Made by a program: the position numbers and the translations under genes | In this document: positions 47,655-58,097 of the stretch, piece by piece | Position numbering within the stretch: the stretch's first letter is position 1 | Layout of the letters: the number at the start of each line of letters is the position of its first letter | Assembly: GCA_964581545.1 (NCBI GenBank) | Contig: CAZOOX010000001.1 | Location: 440 to 64,439 of the forward strand | Origin: an uncultured Anaerolineaceae bacterium | GTDB lineage: Bacteria > Chloroflexota > Anaerolineae > Anaerolineales > Villigracilaceae | Direction: 5' to 3' | DNA length: 64,000 nt | Notes under the pieces: generated by a model | Database searches by the model: none | What the model saw: the letters and a program-made list of their open reading frames with translations, nothing else | What the model was told of the DNA's origin: nothing

Positions 47655-48215
47655 TTATTTGACTCTTTTTGCCATGATTATGTCAGGTTTTCCTATGCCA
47701 TTCGCATCCGGGATGACACCAACTATCTTGTATCCCTGTTTTTGATAGAACTCATAAGGATGTCTTTTGAGATTTTCTATCTTTGCGATCTTTTCTGAGA
47801 AGTTGGTGTACAGATCTGTATTGGATAAGCTGGTCATATTGTCTTCATCGTCTGTTCCCAGATAAATTGTCAGCCCTCCTTGCTCCTTCACCTTTTTTTC
47901 AAGATCAGCAACAAGAGCTTTCCCGATCCCCTTCCCTTGAAATTCTGGATTTACAATCAGGGGATGCAGCTCCCAGGCTTTGCCTTCGTATTCTCTAATG
48001 CCTCCGATCCATCCCAAAACCAGGCCCTCTTTGTTAACTGCTATTCGATTGATGTTTTCATCTTTTAGGGCTTCTCGAACTTCTTCCAAAGCCGAAGCTA
48101 GGTCTGGCCAGGCATTTGGCCAATGTTTTTTAAAGCCTTCAACTAATAGGACTGCTACTTGTTGGATGGCATCTTGGTTTGCTGCTTTTAGGTCAATTAT
48201 TTTCATATGGTTCAA
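47655..48215 (-). CDS. GNAT-family N-acetyltransferase (AAC(6')-like sequence features)
   Basis: ELHPLIVNPEFQGKGIGKALV (acetyl-CoA site), LGTDDE..TSL, HPYEFYQKQGY, PDANGIGKPDIIMAKR. Confidence 0.8.
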   Translation of the reverse strand: MNHMKIIDLKAANQDAIQQVAVLLVEGFKKHWPNAWPDLASALEEVREALKDENINRIAVNKEGLVLGWIGGIREYEGKAWELHPLIVNPEFQGKGIGKALVADLEKKVKEQGGLTIYLGTDDEDNMTSLSNTDLYTNFSEKIAKIENLKRHPYEFYQKQGYKIVGVIPDANGIGKPDIIMAKRVK

Positions 48216-49155
48216 TTATCCAATCCAGTTTTTCTACCTTGATCTTTGTGCTGTTCCCGGGCCAATAGAGGTGGGTGATATAGCTGGAGCCTCGTAGCGT
48301 AGATGGGTTTCGTCCGGTTGTGATGATGATATGGTTCGGTGTGTAATGAGCAAAATAATTTTCTCGGGTGCTGACTCTTCGTCCAAGCGTGGGATCCATC
48401 GCAACCCAACCAATGCCGGGCAAGTTGACATCCAGCCAGGCGTGTTGAGTATGGGCGAGTTCGGTTGTTTTATCATCCAAATAAAGAAGCCCTTCAAAAT
48501 ATCGGGCAGGGATTTTTTGCGCGCGGCTTAATGCCATCACCAGAGAGGCGTATTCTGTGCAGTCCGAGCCCATAAATCCCAGCGTGGCTTGCGCGCCCCA
48601 ATCATTTTTGTTATGAGTATAGGCAAGATTGTCGCCGGCATAATCATAAAAAGCGCGTACTTGCTCACAGGCGTTTTTTTTCTGAGATAAGTTTTGGGCG
48701 ATTGCTATGATCTGCGGATTCGCTGATTCTATATGAAGCTCAGGAGAAATATAGCCTTCTATCACTTCTCCTTCACAATCCGACAGATCATAATCGAGTT
48801 CATTGACCGAAATTTCATAATCGATCTCAACCCTGATTTGTGTGCTGGGTGGATGTGCCGAAAAATCAAACTCGGCGTATTCATTGCCATATTCGTCTGT
48901 CAGCAAGGTGTAATTTTCAGGGATGATCTTGATCGAATGCACTTCCTGATAGGGTGAAAGATCACGTATCAATGCCACCCACAAATTTTGCTGTTCAGGC
49001 TCTCCATCTCCGCGATTGACCAAAAGGATTTCCTGGTGCACATTATATTTTTGTGTTGAAGTTACTTTTGAAAAGGTTGACTTTGTGTGAGTGCGTGGCA
49101 TACAAGCCGTTAGCATCATGATAGGAATGGCAAGAAGGAAAAGGTGTTTTTTCAT
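48193..49155 (-). CDS. transglutaminase-like cysteine-protease-fold lipoprotein
   Basis: Lipobox MLTAC. Cys-His-Asp core GSDCTEYAS .. HAWLDV .. AMDPT. ATG at 49155 (the track start is a TTG). Confidence 0.75.
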   Translation of the reverse strand: MKKHLFLLAIPIMMLTACMPRTHTKSTFSKVTSTQKYNVHQEILLVNRGDGEPEQQNLWVALIRDLSPYQEVHSIKIIPENYTLLTDEYGNEYAEFDFSAHPPSTQIRVEIDYEISVNELDYDLSDCEGEVIEGYISPELHIESANPQIIAIAQNLSQKKNACEQVRAFYDYAGDNLAYTHNKNDWGAQATLGFMGSDCTEYASLVMALSRAQKIPARYFEGLLYLDDKTTELAHTQHAWLDVNLPGIGWVAMDPTLGRRVSTRENYFAHYTPNHIIITTGRNPSTLRGSSYITHLYWPGNSTKIKVEKLDWIIEPYENN

Positions 49156-49240
49156 AAGAGGATTATAGGCGAGATTTGAGATAAATTTCAAATCTCGAAA
49201 GGTCTCTGCATGTTACAATCCTTTCTCAAGGAGTACCTAA

Positions 49241-50932
49241 ATGAAAACTTCGCGACTACGTGCTCGTTATCGAAAAATCGTCACTTTTTTTGCTCGTGTA
49301 GCAGTGAATATTATCTTCTGGGATATTGTGTTATCGCGCTTGGGTTTCCGTCCCTTCGCTCGAAGAACCCGCACAGCACGTCTGACAAGATTCACAGTTC
49401 AGTTTCGAGCTTTGGCGATTGAAATGGGTGGCGTAATGATCAAAGTGGGGCAGTTTCTCTCATCACGTCAGGATGTACTCCCTCCCGAGATCGTTCAGGA
49501 ACTCTCTGGCTTACAGGACGAAGTCCCACCAGAAGATTTTTCTGCCATACGTGAAAAAGCTGAAAGAGAGCTAGGCGGCTCTTTAAGTAAGATATTTGAA
49601 TCCTTCGATTCTATCCCTTTAGCGGCGGCTTCATTGGGGCAAGTGCATCGAGCTCGTTTGCGAGCCGATGTTTCTGAGCCAAAAGAATTTCAAGAGATCG
49701 TGGTCAAGGTACAGCGTCCGCATATAAAAAAAATCATCGATGTAGATCTTTCAGCTTTGCGACGAGTGGGCGGCTGGCTAGCGCGCTATAAACCCATTCG
49801 AAAACGCGCAGATGTCCCTAGCCTTCTCGAAGAATTTGCGATGACCATTTACGAAGAGATCGACTATCTTGCAGAAGGTGAAAATATTGAAATTTTTGAA
49901 GAACATTTTGAAGATGATGCACGTGTGCATGTTCCACGAGTAGCATGGGATTTTACAACTCGACATGTGCTAACGCTGGAGGATGTCTTTGCCATCAAAA
50001 TCACGGATTATGAAGCGATCACCGCAGCCGGGATTGATAGAGCGGACGTTGCTTGTGTTTTGCTGGATACCTATCTCAAGCAGATCTTTGAAGATGGTTT
50101 TTTTCACGCTGATCCGCATCCGGGCAATCTTTTCGTTACCCCAACATCTGAGCCAGACGAAGATGGCTCCGTTGAATGGAAGCTCACCTTTATCGACTTT
50201 GGTATGGTTGGGCGCGTTCCCGACAATTTGCGTGCCGGTCTGCGTGAAATGGTTATAGCCAGCGGAACTCGCAATGCGAAGAGAATGGTGCGTGCATATC
50301 AACAGCTCGGCGTCCTTTTGCCGGGAGCCGATCTAAAAAGAATCGAAGAAGCAGAAGCGCAGGTTTTTGAACGTTTTTGGGGCAAGAGCATGAGCGAATT
50401 GCGTGAGATCAGCCTAGATGAAATGCGTGAATTTGCACATCAATTCAGAGAACTGATGTACGAGATGCCCTTCCAAATCCCCCATAATCTGCTACTTTTG
50501 GGACGTACTGTGGCCATCCTTTCCGGGATGTGTACCGGCCTTGACCCCGATTTTAATCTCTGGAATCAGCTTTCGCCTTACGCCAAAAAACTGATCAGCG
50601 AAGAAGCTACATCAAATTCGAGCGTCTGGTTAGATGAAATAGGAAACTTTGCCAAAGCGATCCTTGCGCTCCCCTCACAAACCGGCCGTGTGTTGGATAA
50701 AATGGAACAGGGGGACCTGGAAGTACATATGCCTCGTGTGGCAAAACAGATCTCATATTTAGAACGAGCAGTTTATCGTCTTACCGGCAGCCTGATCTTT
50801 GGTTCGCTATTTGTGGGTGGTGTTGTTCTTTATAATGCTGAGAGTTTATTGGTGAGTGGTCTTTTACTTGGCTCCTCCCTAATCGCTCTCTTTTGGACGA
50901 TATTTTTTGCGCGGGGGCATACTTCAAAATAA
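49241..50932 (+). CDS. ABC1/UbiB-family atypical protein kinase with C-terminal TM segments
   Basis: PLAAASLGQVHRA..VVKVQRP, HADPHPGNLFV, IDFGMVG. Confidence 0.85.
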   Translation: MKTSRLRARYRKIVTFFARVAVNIIFWDIVLSRLGFRPFARRTRTARLTRFTVQFRALAIEMGGVMIKVGQFLSSRQDVLPPEIVQELSGLQDEVPPEDFSAIREKAERELGGSLSKIFESFDSIPLAAASLGQVHRARLRADVSEPKEFQEIVVKVQRPHIKKIIDVDLSALRRVGGWLARYKPIRKRADVPSLLEEFAMTIYEEIDYLAEGENIEIFEEHFEDDARVHVPRVAWDFTTRHVLTLEDVFAIKITDYEAITAAGIDRADVACVLLDTYLKQIFEDGFFHADPHPGNLFVTPTSEPDEDGSVEWKLTFIDFGMVGRVPDNLRAGLREMVIASGTRNAKRMVRAYQQLGVLLPGADLKRIEEAEAQVFERFWGKSMSELREISLDEMREFAHQFRELMYEMPFQIPHNLLLLGRTVAILSGMCTGLDPDFNLWNQLSPYAKKLISEEATSNSSVWLDEIGNFAKAILALPSQTGRVLDKMEQGDLEVHMPRVAKQISYLERAVYRLTGSLIFGSLFVGGVVLYNAESLLVSGLLLGSSLIALFWTIFFARGHTSK

Positions 50933-50948
50933 AATAAGCCAGTTTAAA

Positions 50949-50985
50949 TAAAAACAGCTCCTGAATTTCAGGAGCTGTTTTTTGT
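50949..50985. terminator. bidirectional intrinsic terminator
   Basis: AACAGCTCCTGAAA/TTTCAGGAGCTGTT perfect palindrome with A and T runs. Confidence 0.85.
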
Positions 50986-51219
50986 CTATTTTTTCGCTTT
51001 TTCTCGCTCTTCTGTGCGTTCAATTGCAGAGTCGATCATGCTGCGCCAAGCCATCAACATTTCTTTGCGGGCTTTGCGTCTGTGTTGCACAAACTCAGGC
51101 GGGAGCAAAGATTTTATGCTCTCCCGCATTTCTTTTCTTGCAGCACGAGCATGCGCGCGAGCTTCCTCAGGGATACAATTCTCAAACGCCTTATGATAAT
51201 TCGCTTTTTCTGCCATCAT
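50986..51219 (-). CDS. hypothetical helical protein (77 aa)
   Basis: Charged helical sequence, GGAG upstream, terminator downstream. Confidence 0.5.
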   Translation of the reverse strand: MMAEKANYHKAFENCIPEEARAHARAARKEMRESIKSLLPPEFVQHRRKARKEMLMAWRSMIDSAIERTEEREKAKK

Positions 51220-51282
51220 ATTACTCCTTTAGATATTTCATTATAGCTTAAAAGAAGTGCCTTTTTCTATATGAATGTTGAA

Positions 51283-51612
51283 CTATTTCCTTCGCTGTTG
51301 CTGGATACGTTCCAAAGCCAGGTTTAATCCGATTTGAAGATATTGGATTCGCTCCTGTATTTTGGCTTGCTCGGCGCTATCCTGGCAGGATAGCAACTTT
51401 TTCTTTTCTTCTGCTATTTCGCGAAGCATATCTGCTTCGCGGGGCTTGATCCCGGCATTTTTCAAAATCGACGCAGCCACTCGAAACTCTTCGGGCGTGT
51501 TGAAATATTCGGTCAAATCAAGGCGTTCGCCTGCATTGGGGAGATCATCAAACTCCCCGCGGGCAATGGCTTCCTTAAGGATAGCTTCTACACTTTTATC
51601 AAAGACAGACAT
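51283..51612 (-). CDS. DUF1992 (DnaJC28-like) domain protein
   Basis: ILKEAIARGEFDDLPNAGERLDL..Y.. and LKNAGIKPRE match the family as I recall it. Confidence 0.7.
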   Translation of the reverse strand: MSVFDKSVEAILKEAIARGEFDDLPNAGERLDLTEYFNTPEEFRVAASILKNAGIKPREADMLREIAEEKKKLLSCQDSAEQAKIQERIQYLQIGLNLALERIQQQRRK

Positions 51613-51613
51613 C

Positions 51614-52783
51614 TCACCAATCTCTTTCCTCGCGCGTGATTACAATATTTCTTTTCTCTAGCTCGGCAATAAACTTTTCTACAGGAATATCGCGAGTAGG
51701 ACTGAGCAAGCCGCGTTTCTCAATATCGCCACGCAAGAGCATTTGTGCGCCGATGCTGGCTGTATACCCAACGGTGCGCTGCATTGCTAATAATCCGGTT
51801 TCCAGATCACGGCGGTCTATCATTTGATAAAGAATGCGTTTTCTATGCCTATCTTTTAGCCCACGCACATCGATTAGCAGACCTGCAACATCGCGTTCAT
51901 CATCAGTATATTGAATTTGTGGCTCAACTAAATCATGGACAAATTGGCGCGGTGAAACCTCCTGCCCGTTAACGATAATTGCTTCTTCTTTCAGGAAGCC
52001 TAGGTCAACTATTTTCTTCCAAAAAGCAGCGTGTCCAGGCCAGCGGAGCGAGTATCGCCCTGTGCTGATTGTTGTATCGCTAATCCCAAACACATCGAGA
52101 TATTTCACCGCATCACCGTTATAGTAGGCTTCCATTTCGCCGAGAGTGTCGAGCGAAACTTTATGCATATTCTCTGGAGAGAACATCTCGCTAGGTGTGA
52201 GATGGATGACTTCACCGTTTTTTAGCATTTTTGCAGGACGTTGATAAGCGCTGAGAACCCCTGCAAATGTCCACGAGACTTTGTAGTTGATCGGGTTATT
52301 TGCTGCGGCTGGTTCGGGTACACCTGTTCCGTAAGCATGGAGTTCATGCACCTCGTCCAATTCGCGAATTGCTTGACCGGCAAGGACCAAGTCGATGCCG
52401 GGGTCAAGACCACATTCAGGCAAAATCGATATCCCTTTAGCCTCAGCAAGTTGACCCGAGTGCGCATACTCTGGTAGGGCGTAGGAGGTTTCGACGAAGT
52501 GAATTCCGTTTTCGATGGCGAGATTCAGGATAAACATCCGAAATCCTTGTGGCAGAAGAACGATGACAGCATCTACTTTTTTCATTTGTACGGATACCGC
52601 CTCTCTGTCTCGGACATCCAGCTTGATGGGCGTTATTTTTGCGTTATCCAGCTTTTTTGCATAGTTTTGCAGAGTATTGAAATTAGCATCCGCTGCGATA
52701 ACTTTGCTAACTTCAGAACTTTTAGCAAGATCGTGGAGGGCAGCTTTGCCTTGCAATCCAACGCCAAGCAGTAGAATTTTCAT
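51614..52783 (-). CDS. saccharopine dehydrogenase-like NAD(P)-binding oxidoreductase
   Basis: MKILLLGVGLQGKAALHDL Rossmann start with GAGGAG upstream. The track ORF's 152-aa N-terminal extension is rejected. Confidence 0.8.
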   Translation of the reverse strand: MKILLLGVGLQGKAALHDLAKSSEVSKVIAADANFNTLQNYAKKLDNAKITPIKLDVRDREAVSVQMKKVDAVIVLLPQGFRMFILNLAIENGIHFVETSYALPEYAHSGQLAEAKGISILPECGLDPGIDLVLAGQAIRELDEVHELHAYGTGVPEPAAANNPINYKVSWTFAGVLSAYQRPAKMLKNGEVIHLTPSEMFSPENMHKVSLDTLGEMEAYYNGDAVKYLDVFGISDTTISTGRYSLRWPGHAAFWKKIVDLGFLKEEAIIVNGQEVSPRQFVHDLVEPQIQYTDDERDVAGLLIDVRGLKDRHRKRILYQMIDRRDLETGLLAMQRTVGYTASIGAQMLLRGDIEKRGLLSPTRDIPVEKFIAELEKRNIVITREERDW

Positions 52784-53033
52784 TTTTTCTCCTCTAAAAT
52801 ATATGTGGGAAATGCTCTTTTCTTTATACTCTTGCTTCATCTTTTTCGCAAGAGAAATAATTTTTATGGAAAATTTACAATAGCACACTCTTTTTATGTG
52901 AAGAATGTCATATAATTCAGTATTCGTGTACAAAACTTTCCTACAAATAACGCATAATGTATGAGGAGGAGCGATGCTGACCCGATGGTCATTGCATCTT
53001 GTTTTGTGCAAATCACTTTTAGAGGAGTAAGAA

Positions 53034-54185
53034 ATGTCCCGTAAATTTTTTCCTGTATTTGCTCTGTTGATCGTTTTGAGCATGGTCCTCGCCGCTTGCG
53101 GCGGTGGTGCAGCTCCTGCAGAAGAAACTGCTGCTGAAGCACCCGCAGAAGAAGTTGCTGCTGAAGCACCCACCGAAGAAGTAGCCGCAGAAGCACCTGG
53201 TGCAACTGATGGCCCTGCCCCCGCCGAGGGTGGCGCCACTTTGGCTGCTGTTCAAGAACGCGGTCATGTGATCTGTGGTGGTAACGCCAGCGTTCCTGGT
53301 TTTGGCTTCCTCGATACCGAAGGTAATTTTGCTGGCTTTGATATCGATTTCTGTAAAGCTGTTGCAGCTGCCGTGTTTGGCGATGCCGAAGCTTATGAAA
53401 TCCGCCCACTTAGCTCCCAAGAGCGTTTCACCGCTCTCCAGAGTGGCGAAATTGATGTTTTGATCCGCAATACTACTTGGACCCTTTCCCGTGACACCGA
53501 TCTTGGTGCTAACTTCACTGCTACCACTTTCTATGATGGTCAAGGCTTCATCGTCCGCATTGCTGACGGTATCTCAGTTCTTGAAGATCTCGAAGGCGGT
53601 ACCGTTTGTGTTCAAACCGGTACAACCACAGAAGCCAACTTGGCTGATGTAATGGCAGCCCGTGGCATTAGCTACGAACCTGTTGTATACGAAGATGTAG
53701 AAACTGGCTGGACCACTTATGAAGAAGGCCGCTGTGATGCCTATACCACTGATAAATCTGGTTTGGTCTCCCGCCGCACACTCTTAACTGATCCTGCAGC
53801 TCACGTGATCATGGACGAAACCATCTCCAAAGAGCCCCTCGGACCTGTTGTTCGCCATGGCGACGACCAATGGTTTGATATTGTTCAATGGACTGTATAT
53901 GCTACCTTCTTCGCAGAAGAGCATGGTATTACCACTGAAAATGCTGCTGACATGATGGCTAGCACAAATACTCCTTCAGAGAAGAAATTCTTCGGCACCG
54001 AAGGCGAACTTGGTTCCTTCCTCGGTCTTGATGCTGACTGGGCATACAATGTTGTTTCCCAAGTTGGTAACTACGAAGAAATTTATAACCGTAACCTTGG
54101 TCCTGATACTTTGACCTATATTCCCCGTGGCTTGAACAGCCTATACACAAATGGCGGCTTGCTTTACGCCCCTGCATGGCGCTAA
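53034..54185 (+). CDS. aapJ: amino-acid ABC transporter substrate-binding lipoprotein (general L-amino-acid, AapJ-like)
   Basis: Lipobox VLAACGGG, Ala/Glu/Pro linker, type-3 SBP core GFDIDFCKAVAAAVFGD..IRNTTWT.. Confidence 0.8.
   Translation: MSRKFFPVFALLIVLSMVLAACGGGAAPAEETAAEAPAEEVAAEAPTEEVAAEAPGATDGPAPAEGGATLAAVQERGHVICGGNASVPGFGFLDTEGNFAGFDIDFCKAVAAAVFGDAEAYEIRPLSSQERFTALQSGEIDVLIRNTTWTLSRDTDLGANFTATTFYDGQGFIVRIADGISVLEDLEGGTVCVQTGTTTEANLADVMAARGISYEPVVYEDVETGWTTYEEGRCDAYTTDKSGLVSRRTLLTDPAAHVIMDETISKEPLGPVVRHGDDQWFDIVQWTVYATFFAEEHGITTENAADMMASTNTPSEKKFFGTEGELGSFLGLDADWAYNVVSQVGNYEEIYNRNLGPDTLTYIPRGLNSLYTNGGLLYAPAWR
53115..53195 (+). repeat. 27-bp tandem repeat x3 encoding the P(A/T)EE(T/V)AAEA lipoprotein linker
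   Basis: Units 53115-53141, 53142-53168 and 53169-53195. Confidence 0.85.
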
Positions 54186-54396
54186 TCTGATTCTCTAAAA
54201 TACAGGGAAGGTTTTATAAAACCTTCCCTGTATTTGTAAGTTGCCTTTGCTTCTGCTTTTCTTATAATTGAAGTAGGGTGAAGGGGTAGGGCTGGGGAAA
54301 GCGAAAAAGTTTTTCCCAGCCTTTCTTTATTTATCAAGGCAAAAGCCTTGGTGGGGACTTGGTTTTACCCCAGTTATCTCTTTGGGAGTTTTTCTT

Positions 54397-55578
54397 ATGG
54401 CAAAAACAAAGTACAGCACCGAAGAGGCTATTCCTTTTTGGCGAGACGAGCGTGTCTTGCGTGTTTTGGGGCAAGTAATTTTTCTCGTTGTTGCTGTTAG
54501 CTTCTTCTACTATCTTTATAATAATATGATAACTGCCTTGGCGGCTCAAGGAATGACACCCAGTTTTGAGTTCCTGGGGCGAACCGCAGGCTTTGATATT
54601 GGGGAGAGTTTAATAGAGTATGTTCGTTCTGATACTTATGGTAAGGCTCTGATTGTTGGTATTTTGAATACAATCTATGTGAGTATCATTGGTATCTTCT
54701 TTTCTACGATATTTGGTGTTATTCTCGGCGTTGCCAGATTGTCTAAAAACTTTTTGGTTGCGAAACTTTCCAGTATCTACCTTGAAATTCTTCGCAATAT
54801 CCCTCTGTTGGTTTTGTTGGTCTTTTGGTACAGCGGTGTCTTTATTACACTACCACGTGTTAAAGAAGCGATTACATTTGGGCCTGCCTTCTTGAGCAAC
54901 CGAGGTATTGTTGTTCCTTGGGGTATTCCGACGGAAACATGGGACAGCTATTTGATGATTTTACTTTTCGCTTTCATTGTTTCCATTATTGTCTCATGGA
55001 GGCTCAAAGTCATTGGAGAACGTACAGGACGCCCGCCCCTCAGAATTCTTTGGGTGCCTCTCACATTTCTCGTTATCGCTTTCGTTGGCTGGTTTGTTTT
55101 GCCGCAATCACCTTTATCTGTGGATTACCCAGAGTTGAAAGGTTTGAACTTCACTGGTGGCTTTGTTTTCTCACCAGAATTTATGGCACTGCTTTCGGGT
55201 CTCGTGATCTATACAGCCGCATTTGTTGGAGAAATTGTTCGCGCAGGGATTATGTCTGTCTCAAAGGGACAGCATGAAGCTGCGAAAGCTTTAGGCTTAA
55301 CAGGTTTTCAAACTTTACGTTTGGTTATCTTCCCGCAGGCGATGCGCGTGATCGTCCCGCCTTTGACGAGCCAATATCTAAACTTGACCAAGAATTCCTC
55401 TCTTGCTGTAGCGATTGGCTTTCCAGATCTCTTCGCAATTGGCGGTACATCACTTAATCAGTCTGGACGAGCAGTTGAAGTAATTGCTTTGATGATGGGA
55501 CTTTACCTCCTAAGCAGTTTACTGACATCTGTATTCATGAACTGGTATAACGACAGAATTAAACTGGTGGAGCGATAA
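54397..55578 (+). CDS. aapQ: amino-acid ABC transporter permease (AapQ-like, long N-terminal extension)
   Basis: EAA-type loop GQHEAAKALGLTGFQTLRLVIFPQA. GGGAG lies before the ATG at 54397. Confidence 0.8.
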   Translation: MAKTKYSTEEAIPFWRDERVLRVLGQVIFLVVAVSFFYYLYNNMITALAAQGMTPSFEFLGRTAGFDIGESLIEYVRSDTYGKALIVGILNTIYVSIIGIFFSTIFGVILGVARLSKNFLVAKLSSIYLEILRNIPLLVLLVFWYSGVFITLPRVKEAITFGPAFLSNRGIVVPWGIPTETWDSYLMILLFAFIVSIIVSWRLKVIGERTGRPPLRILWVPLTFLVIAFVGWFVLPQSPLSVDYPELKGLNFTGGFVFSPEFMALLSGLVIYTAAFVGEIVRAGIMSVSKGQHEAAKALGLTGFQTLRLVIFPQAMRVIVPPLTSQYLNLTKNSSLAVAIGFPDLFAIGGTSLNQSGRAVEVIALMMGLYLLSSLLTSVFMNWYNDRIKLVER

Positions 55579-55580
55579 TC

Positions 55581-56780
55581 ATGACAACTTCTACAACTGA
55601 AGTCCTTGCGCCTCCCACCGAACGATATACTATATTGGGATGGCTGAAGCGTAATCTCTTTGGCTCAGTAGGCGATTCTATTCTCACAGTTCTTGCAATT
55701 TGGCTCACTTATGCGATGCTAAAACCCTCTCTTAGCTGGGGTTTTGGTGAAGCTAGCTGGAATGTAATAGCTGATAATCTTAAGCTATTCATGGTCGGGC
55801 GTTATCCTGCAGAAGAGCTTTGGCGTGTATGGGCAGTTCTATACCTGCTCGCGGCTGTGATAGGTTTTACTTGGGGAGCTTGGGTAAAGGGAAAAGAGAA
55901 AGTAGGGTATGTTCTCTTGGGCATCCCGATTTTCTTAGCCCTCTTGCCTTTTGGTAGCACAATCCGCATGATGATACTTGCTCTCGATTTGTTCGGGGTT
56001 TTGGGCATCATGCTTGGGCGTAGAGATAACCCTAAATTCAAAACTTGGTCAATTATTTCGCTCTTGCTCTATTTCCCTGTTGGTATTCTGCTGATTGGTG
56101 GGCTCACTGGTGAAGCTGGATTTTTGCCCACAGTGAAGCCGGATTTGTGGGGTGGATTGATGCTCACCATTCTCCTCGCGGTGATTGGTATCATCTTCTC
56201 TTTCCCCATCGGTGTCTCACTTGCGCTTGGGCGTCAATCTAAATTGCCGATTATTAGCTGGTTTTCTATTGGCGTGATCGAGCTTGTTCGTGGCGTTCCG
56301 CTGATTACGATCCTCTTCATGATGGATCTAATGTTGCCGCTATTCCTTCCTTCTGAAATACGAATCGAAGGTGTAATTCGCGCATTTGTGGCAATTACAT
56401 TATTTAGTGCTGCTTATATGGCAGAAAACGTGCGTGGTGGTTTGCAAGCTATTCCAAGGGGGCAATACGAAGCTGCCCATGCTTTAGGCTTAAATGGTTT
56501 CACTACAATGGCTTTTATTATTTTGCCACAGGCACTAAAGGCCGTTATTCCCATTCTTGTTAGCCAGTTCATTGGTCTCTTGAAAGACACGACCCTTGTA
56601 ATGATCCTAAGTCTCTTTGATGTCTTGGGTATTGGTAAATCAGTTTTGGGGAACCCCGAGTATGTTGGCACAGCAAAAGAAGTATATGTTTTCGTTGCAG
56701 CCCTCTTCTGGGTTTTGAGCTATGGCTTGTCTTATGCTAGCCAACGATTAGAAACATCTTTGGGCGTTGGTGAACGCTAA
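55581..56780 (+). CDS. aapM: amino-acid ABC transporter permease (AapM-like)
   Basis: [25 protein letters not shown]. Confidence 0.8.
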   Translation: MTTSTTEVLAPPTERYTILGWLKRNLFGSVGDSILTVLAIWLTYAMLKPSLSWGFGEASWNVIADNLKLFMVGRYPAEELWRVWAVLYLLAAVIGFTWGAWVKGKEKVGYVLLGIPIFLALLPFGSTIRMMILALDLFGVLGIMLGRRDNPKFKTWSIISLLLYFPVGILLIGGLTGEAGFLPTVKPDLWGGLMLTILLAVIGIIFSFPIGVSLALGRQSKLPIISWFSIGVIELVRGVPLITILFMMDLMLPLFLPSEIRIEGVIRAFVAITLFSAAYMAENVRGGLQAIPRGQYEAAHALGLNGFTTMAFIILPQALKAVIPILVSQFIGLLKDTTLVMILSLFDVLGIGKSVLGNPEYVGTAKEVYVFVAALFWVLSYGLSYASQRLETSLGVGER

Positions 56781-56791
56781 AAGGAGATATT

Positions 56792-57556
56792 ATGACCGAC
56801 AAACCAATTTATGAAGAACAAGAACCGATTATCGTTTGCCGTGACGTTCAGAAATGGTACGGTGACTTTCATGCCCTTAGAGGTATTAATATGGAAGTCC
56901 GCAAAGGCGAGGTAATTGTAATTTTCGGCCCGTCAGGTTCAGGTAAATCGACTTTCATTCGCACGATCAATCGCCTTGAAGAACATCAAGGCGGGCAGAT
57001 CATTGTAGATGGAATCGAATTAACGCATGACATTAAAAATATCGAATCTATTCGCAAGGAAACCGGAATGGTTTTCCAGCAATTTAACTTGTTTCCACAC
57101 TTGACGGTAATGCAAAATATCACTCTTGCACCGCTTCAAGTGCGCAAAGTGGAGAAGGAAGAAGCTGAGAAAACGGCTATGGAAATCCTCGAGCGGGTTG
57201 GTATTCCTGAGCAAGCGAATAAGTTCCCTGGTCAACTTTCTGGTGGTCAACAACAGCGTGTAGCCATCGCTCGAGCATTAGCGATGAAGCCCAAGATCAT
57301 GCTCTTCGATGAGCCAACTTCAGCGCTTGACCCCGAAATGATTAAAGAAGTGCTGGATGTAATGATCGAGCTAGCCAAGAGCGGTATGACCATGCTTGTG
57401 GTAACCCACGAAATGGGCTTTGCTCGCTCAGTTGCAGATACGCTATATTTCTTTGATGAAGGCCAGATCGTGGAAAGCGGCTCTCCCGAAGACATATATA
57501 ATAATCCACAGGAAGACCGTACTAAACTCTTCCTTTCACAAATTTTGCAGCACTAG
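56792..57556 (+). CDS. aapP: amino-acid ABC transporter ATP-binding protein
   Basis: [35 protein letters not shown]. Confidence 0.9.
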   Translation: MTDKPIYEEQEPIIVCRDVQKWYGDFHALRGINMEVRKGEVIVIFGPSGSGKSTFIRTINRLEEHQGGQIIVDGIELTHDIKNIESIRKETGMVFQQFNLFPHLTVMQNITLAPLQVRKVEKEEAEKTAMEILERVGIPEQANKFPGQLSGGQQQRVAIARALAMKPKIMLFDEPTSALDPEMIKEVLDVMIELAKSGMTMLVVTHEMGFARSVADTLYFFDEGQIVESGSPEDIYNNPQEDRTKLFLSQILQH

Positions 57557-57570
57557 ATTTCTTGCAAATC

Positions 57571-57602
57571 AAAAAAGAGCCATCGAAAGATGGCTTTTTT
57601 GA
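57571..57602. terminator. bidirectional intrinsic terminator
   Basis: A-run, AGCCATC-GAAA-GATGGCT, T-run. Confidence 0.85.
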
Positions 57603-57617
57603 TTAAAGTAGATTTTT

Positions 57618-58097
57618 CTAAAAATCGAAATTTCCGACCCTGCCTCCATTGACCCAAACCCAATAACTCCCAGCTGGGTAGCTGCCAAGGTTGACCCGTG
57701 TGTCATAAGCGCGTAAAACCTGCGGGCAATCAAGGTCAGGCTCTACAAGAGCGTAAACATCAATATTGACTCTTTTCTCTTCATCCGGGGGATGAACATA
57801 AATACGTAACTGGTGACATGGTGTTGGCAAATATCCGCCAATATGCATGACAACTTCAGCGGGATCAGTGTCTGTAAAAAGGAGATAGATCGAACTCGTG
57901 ATCGCATTTGCGCGGTCAAGCTCACTATCGCCGGGTTGGGGCTGGTATTCGGGAGGGGCTTCTAAAGTTTCGGATACCTCTTCGACGACAAGTGTTGGCT
58001 CCAGCGTAATCTCAAAATCAGGGGTAGTGACTATCGTATTTCCACATCCCACTAGTCCGAAAGCTAAAAGAAAAATAAGCCAAAATCTCTTTTTCAT
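57618..58097 (-). CDS. lipoprotein, unknown function
   Basis: Lipobox GLVGCG. 4-nt overlap with the upstream PEP-utilising enzyme gene. Confidence 0.65.
   Translation of the reverse strand: MKKRFWLIFLLAFGLVGCGNTIVTTPDFEITLEPTLVVEEVSETLEAPPEYQPQPGDSELDRANAITSSIYLLFTDTDPAEVVMHIGGYLPTPCHQLRIYVHPPDEEKRVNIDVYALVEPDLDCPQVLRAYDTRVNLGSYPAGSYWVWVNGGRVGNFDF

Noticed and set aside
52784-53239. N-terminal 152 codons of the 541-aa minus-strand track ORF (MAPPSAGAGPSVAPGASAATSS...).
   Set aside because: It is low-complexity sequence antisense to the repeat linker and signal peptide of the plus-strand binding-protein gene. A Rossmann-type start MKILLLGVGLQG with GAGGAG upstream at 52783 gives a normal-length saccharopine-dehydrogenase-like protein.
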